A stretch of DNA of 45,351 bases from a virus. Taxonomy: Duplodnaviria; Caudoviricetes. The DNA lies in the IMG/VR virus record IMGVR_UViG_3300048599_000187, positions 1 to 45,351 of that record; one strand, written 5' to 3'. Below are positions 44,360 to 45,351 of the stretch, piece after piece. The notes under the pieces were generated by a model. The model had not been told where the DNA came from and ran no database searches. It saw nothing but the letters and a program-made list of their open reading frames with translations. The translations under genes were made by a program, and so were the position numbers. Each line of letters opens with the position of its first letter. Position 1 is the first letter of the stretch.

Positions 44360-45351
44360 TTAGATAAAGTTAACGTTAGGCAGCATTGAACGATATGTTG
44401 AAGCGACGTTAAGGACAAGCCTATCGTGGTGAGCTTTGTTGCACTCAACAGCGATAGGGCTCAAGCCCAGTTCTACCGCAGCCACGGTTGAGGAACCGCA
44501 GCCAGCGAAGGGGTCGAGGACCCGATGACCTCGAATTGACACCGCGTTGAATATCCACTTCCACAGATTGGCAGGTTTTGCGAATGGGTGACCGAGGGAG
44601 TTATCACTTGGTCCTTGCCAATAGCAACTAGATTGCGGCGAGGTGAGAACTGCATTACCTTTGCGTGCGACCAGTGCAATCTCGACCGTTTTTGTGAAGT
44701 TGTATTGTGCTGCTCCATTTTGACAGGGGCTGGTTTTAACCCATGATAGGGGCCAGCGTTGAGGGGTTAGGTTTGATTCGATACAGAGTTGCTGAAGTAG
44801 GTTCCACTGGGAGTAATCGCACCACAAGACCAGAAAGGATTTGTCTTTAAGAAGACGGGTCGCTGCTGGAATAAAGGTACGAAGAAGTGCTATGTTGGAG
44901 TTGACGTCGTGCTCTGCTGCGGTTGAGGAGACGTCCATACCTAGATGTTCTTGTTGGAGGTTGGACATTTCGATACCGTATGGTGGATCACAAACAATTG
45001 CGTCGAAGGATTCAGGAGGCTGGTCAGCCATCCAAGTAATGCTGTCACCCAGGATCAGCATTTGAGAGAGCGGAACGGTTACTGCCGGGACAGCCTCGGC
45101 GTCCGCTGGCATTTCACAGTTGGTAGGTCTGCTGGCCAATCCGACTGGTGCGGACGGTTTTGGATTGTCTGACGTGCTTTCGAAAATACTGGCGTCGCTA
45201 GAAGCGAGTAGGTCTTGCACTCGCTTGGAGGATTCTGCGGACCATTGACCGCTCGGAATTGACCCAGACCCAATGGTTGACTTAGCAAGGGCTGCGATGA
45301 CTTGGTCTTCGAGTCGCTTGATGAGGAGTTTGATGGCGTTGGTAAAGGAGT
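44360..45351 (-). CDS. C-terminal amino-DNA methyltransferase (N6-mA/N4-mC, beta-class order) part of the ParB-MTase fusion
   Basis: Catalytic DPPY precedes HPFAKP and the SAM-binding VLDPFAGCGSS; the frame is open to the window end and joins 1..717. Confidence 0.9.
   Translation of the reverse strand, partial: SFTNAIKLLIKRLEDQVIAALAKSTIGSGSIPSGQWSAESSKRVQDLLASSDASIFESTSDNPKPSAPVGLASRPTNCEMPADAEAVPAVTVPLSQMLILGDSITWMADQPPESFDAIVCDPPYGIEMSNLQQEHLGMDVSSTAAEHDVNSNIALLRTFIPAATRLLKDKSFLVLWCDYSQWNLLQQLCIESNLTPQRWPLSWVKTSPCQNGAAQYNFTKTVEIALVARKGNAVLTSPQSSCYWQGPSDNSLGHPFAKPANLWKWIFNAVSIRGHRVLDPFAGCGSSTVAAVELGLSPIAVECNKAHHDRLVLNVASTYRSMLPNVNFI
45125..45351. repeat. Terminal direct repeat, right copy
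   Basis: 225/227 identical to 1-227. Confidence 0.95.

Overview
The window is a complete, circularly permuted genome of a podovirus-like tailed dsDNA phage of about 45.1 kb; bases 1-227 are repeated at 45125-45351. The minus-strand arm carries early and replication genes: small hypotheticals, a PD-(D/E)XK nuclease, a Sak4-like ATPase, an SSB-like protein, a ParB-HTH-DNA methyltransferase fusion split by the window edge, a UDG-like/exonuclease/PolA polymerase, a P-loop helicase and a ligase. The plus-strand arm carries terS, terL, an accessory fibre and holin block, portal, scaffold, major capsid, tail and ejection proteins, including a ~2280-aa HExxH protein. A GC-rich divergent control region lies at about 11.4-13.0 kb. 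I recognised no integrase, RNA polymerase, endolysin, tRNA, CRISPR array or reverse transcriptase. The most unusual signals are: (i) a 27-bp dyad motif, RGT-N4-ATCA-N5-TNAT-N4-ACY, found seven times, mostly at module borders, with arms resembling Xer/dif arms; (ii) four unrelated early proteins sharing a C-terminal L-x-x-[EQ]-Y-x-[VL] tail, three of them behind a shared AAGCC-N10-TAGCA element; (iii) three H-type pseudoknots and other structured intergenic RNAs on the sense strand; and (iv) two adjacent triplets of diverged paralogues. All calls come from reading motifs by eye; no database search or folding program was run.
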